DNA of 335 bases from Escherichia coli (GTDB taxonomy: Bacteria; Pseudomonadota; Gammaproteobacteria; Enterobacterales; Enterobacteriaceae): NCBI RefSeq assembly GCF_003334335.1, contig NZ_QOWQ01000216.1. One strand, 5' to 3'. Positions 1 through 335 of this stretch are shown in pieces. Positions within the stretch are counted from its first letter, which is position 1. Each line of letters starts with the position of its first letter. The translations under genes were made by a program, and so were the position numbers. The notes beneath the pieces were generated by a model. That model was not told where the DNA came from, did no database searches, and saw only the letters and a list, made by a program, of their open reading frames with translations.

Positions 1-37
1 CACCTTTTACCGGCTCCAGGGGATTTGGTGTTGCCAT
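1..37 (-). CDS. V: Major tail tube protein, lambda gpV family; 5' end only (first 12 codons), continues beyond position 1
   Basis: ATG at 37..35 (minus strand) followed by an open frame to the window edge, encoding MATPNPLEPVKG. This resembles the recalled lambda gpV N-terminus (MPVPNPTMPVKG...). It sits immediately downstream of the U stop on the same strand, matching the lambda gene order U-V, and is preceded by a Shine-Dalgarno. Only 12 codons are visible, so the call rests on the N-terminal match plus synteny. Confidence 0.75.
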   Translation of the reverse strand, partial: MATPNPLEPVKG

Positions 38-41
38 ATCG

Positions 42-46
42 TCCTC
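42..46 (-). promoter_or_regulatory. Shine-Dalgarno (GAGGA) for the V-like gene, overlapping the U stop codon
   Basis: Minus-strand sequence reads ...GAG ATG TGAGGACGAT ATG GCA...: the GAGGA motif overlaps the TGA stop of U (47..45) and lies 4 nt upstream of the V ATG (37..35). The spacer is on the short side but acceptable. The arrangement is consistent with translational coupling in a phage late operon. Confidence 0.5.
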
Positions 47-335
47 ACATCTCGTATGTAATGGAATAAGTCAGATCCGCAGAGCTCCATAACGCCATAT
101 CGTCATCACGATGATACTCATAGCCCTGCGTAACCATCGTGGTAATCAGTCCTGCCAGTGCCGGGATCGCAGTCATCGCCGGATAAATCCGGCTTTCCAT
201 CCACTGATCGAGCTCCGAATCAGGTACCTGTGCCGGTAAAAACACCTCAATATGCAGTGTGGCCCGCCAGGTATCTGCATCCAGCTCTTCACCGGTATAC
301 TCTGCATCCGTCAGATAAACCGCGATCGCAGGAAA
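45..335 (-). CDS. U: Tail terminator protein, lambda gpU family (minor tail protein U); partial, N-terminus lies beyond position 335; stop codon TGA at 47..45
   Basis: The minus-strand reading frame is open from the window edge (335) to the TGA at 47..45, 96 codons. Translation: FPAIAVYLTDAEYTGEELDADTWRATLHIEVFLPAQVPDSELDQWMESRIYPAMTAIPALAGLITTMVTQGYEYHRDDDMALWSSADLTYSITYEM. This aligns along its full length with the C-terminal ~96 residues of phage lambda gpU as I recall them (blocks such as AVYLT.AEYTGEELD, LHIEVFLPAQVPDSELD.WMESRIYP, LWSSADLTY.ITYEM), at roughly 80% identity. Lambda gpU is about 131 aa, so about 35 N-terminal codons are outside the window. The GTG at 245..243 that the ORF track translates as Met is an internal Val codon. 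Confidence 0.9.
   Translation of the reverse strand, partial: FPAIAVYLTDAEYTGEELDADTWRATLHIEVFLPAQVPDSELDQWMESRIYPAMTAIPALAGLITTMVTQGYEYHRDDDMALWSSADLTYSITYEM

Noticed and set aside
1-44. Intrinsic terminator or promoter in the short U-V intergenic region (for example the T-run at 5..8)
   Set aside because: The gap between the genes is only 7 nt, and the T-run lies inside the V coding sequence on the opposite strand with no GC-rich hairpin before it. No -35/-10 pair with proper spacing is evident, and these genes are expected to be read through from an upstream late promoter.
45-245. Stand-alone 66-aa small protein starting at GTG 245, as given in the ORF track
   Set aside because: The frame is open upstream to the window edge and the upstream residues continue the gpU-family match, so the GTG is an internal valine codon of a longer, window-truncated gene.
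1-335. Novel defence, toxin-antitoxin or other accessory system
   Set aside because: Every base is accounted for by two syntenic, recognisable phage tail structural genes on one strand, and no plus-strand ORF is present. Nothing supports an undescribed system in this window.
1-335. Programmed -1 frameshift site like the lambda G/GT tail-assembly chaperone
   Set aside because: That signal lies between G and T, downstream of V and outside this window. No slippery heptamer sits in a relevant position or frame near the end of U.

Overview
The whole 335-bp window is minus-strand coding sequence at the junction of two lambdoid phage tail genes; I see nothing novel here, only a canonical tail-morphogenesis module. 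Positions 335..45 encode the C-terminal 96 codons of a lambda gpU-like tail terminator protein, truncated at the window edge. Positions 37..1 encode the first 12 codons of a lambda gpV-like major tail tube protein, with a Shine-Dalgarno overlapping the U stop codon. The 66-aa ORF in the supplied track (GTG start at 245) is an internal fragment of the gpU-like gene, not a separate small protein. This is most likely a late-operon fragment of a lambdoid prophage or phage from an enterobacterial host. The one feature not explained by the gene calls is a 16-bp imperfect direct repeat that copies the V ribosome-binding/start region into the body of U. All homology statements rest on recalled lambda U and V sequences and gene order, not on a database search.
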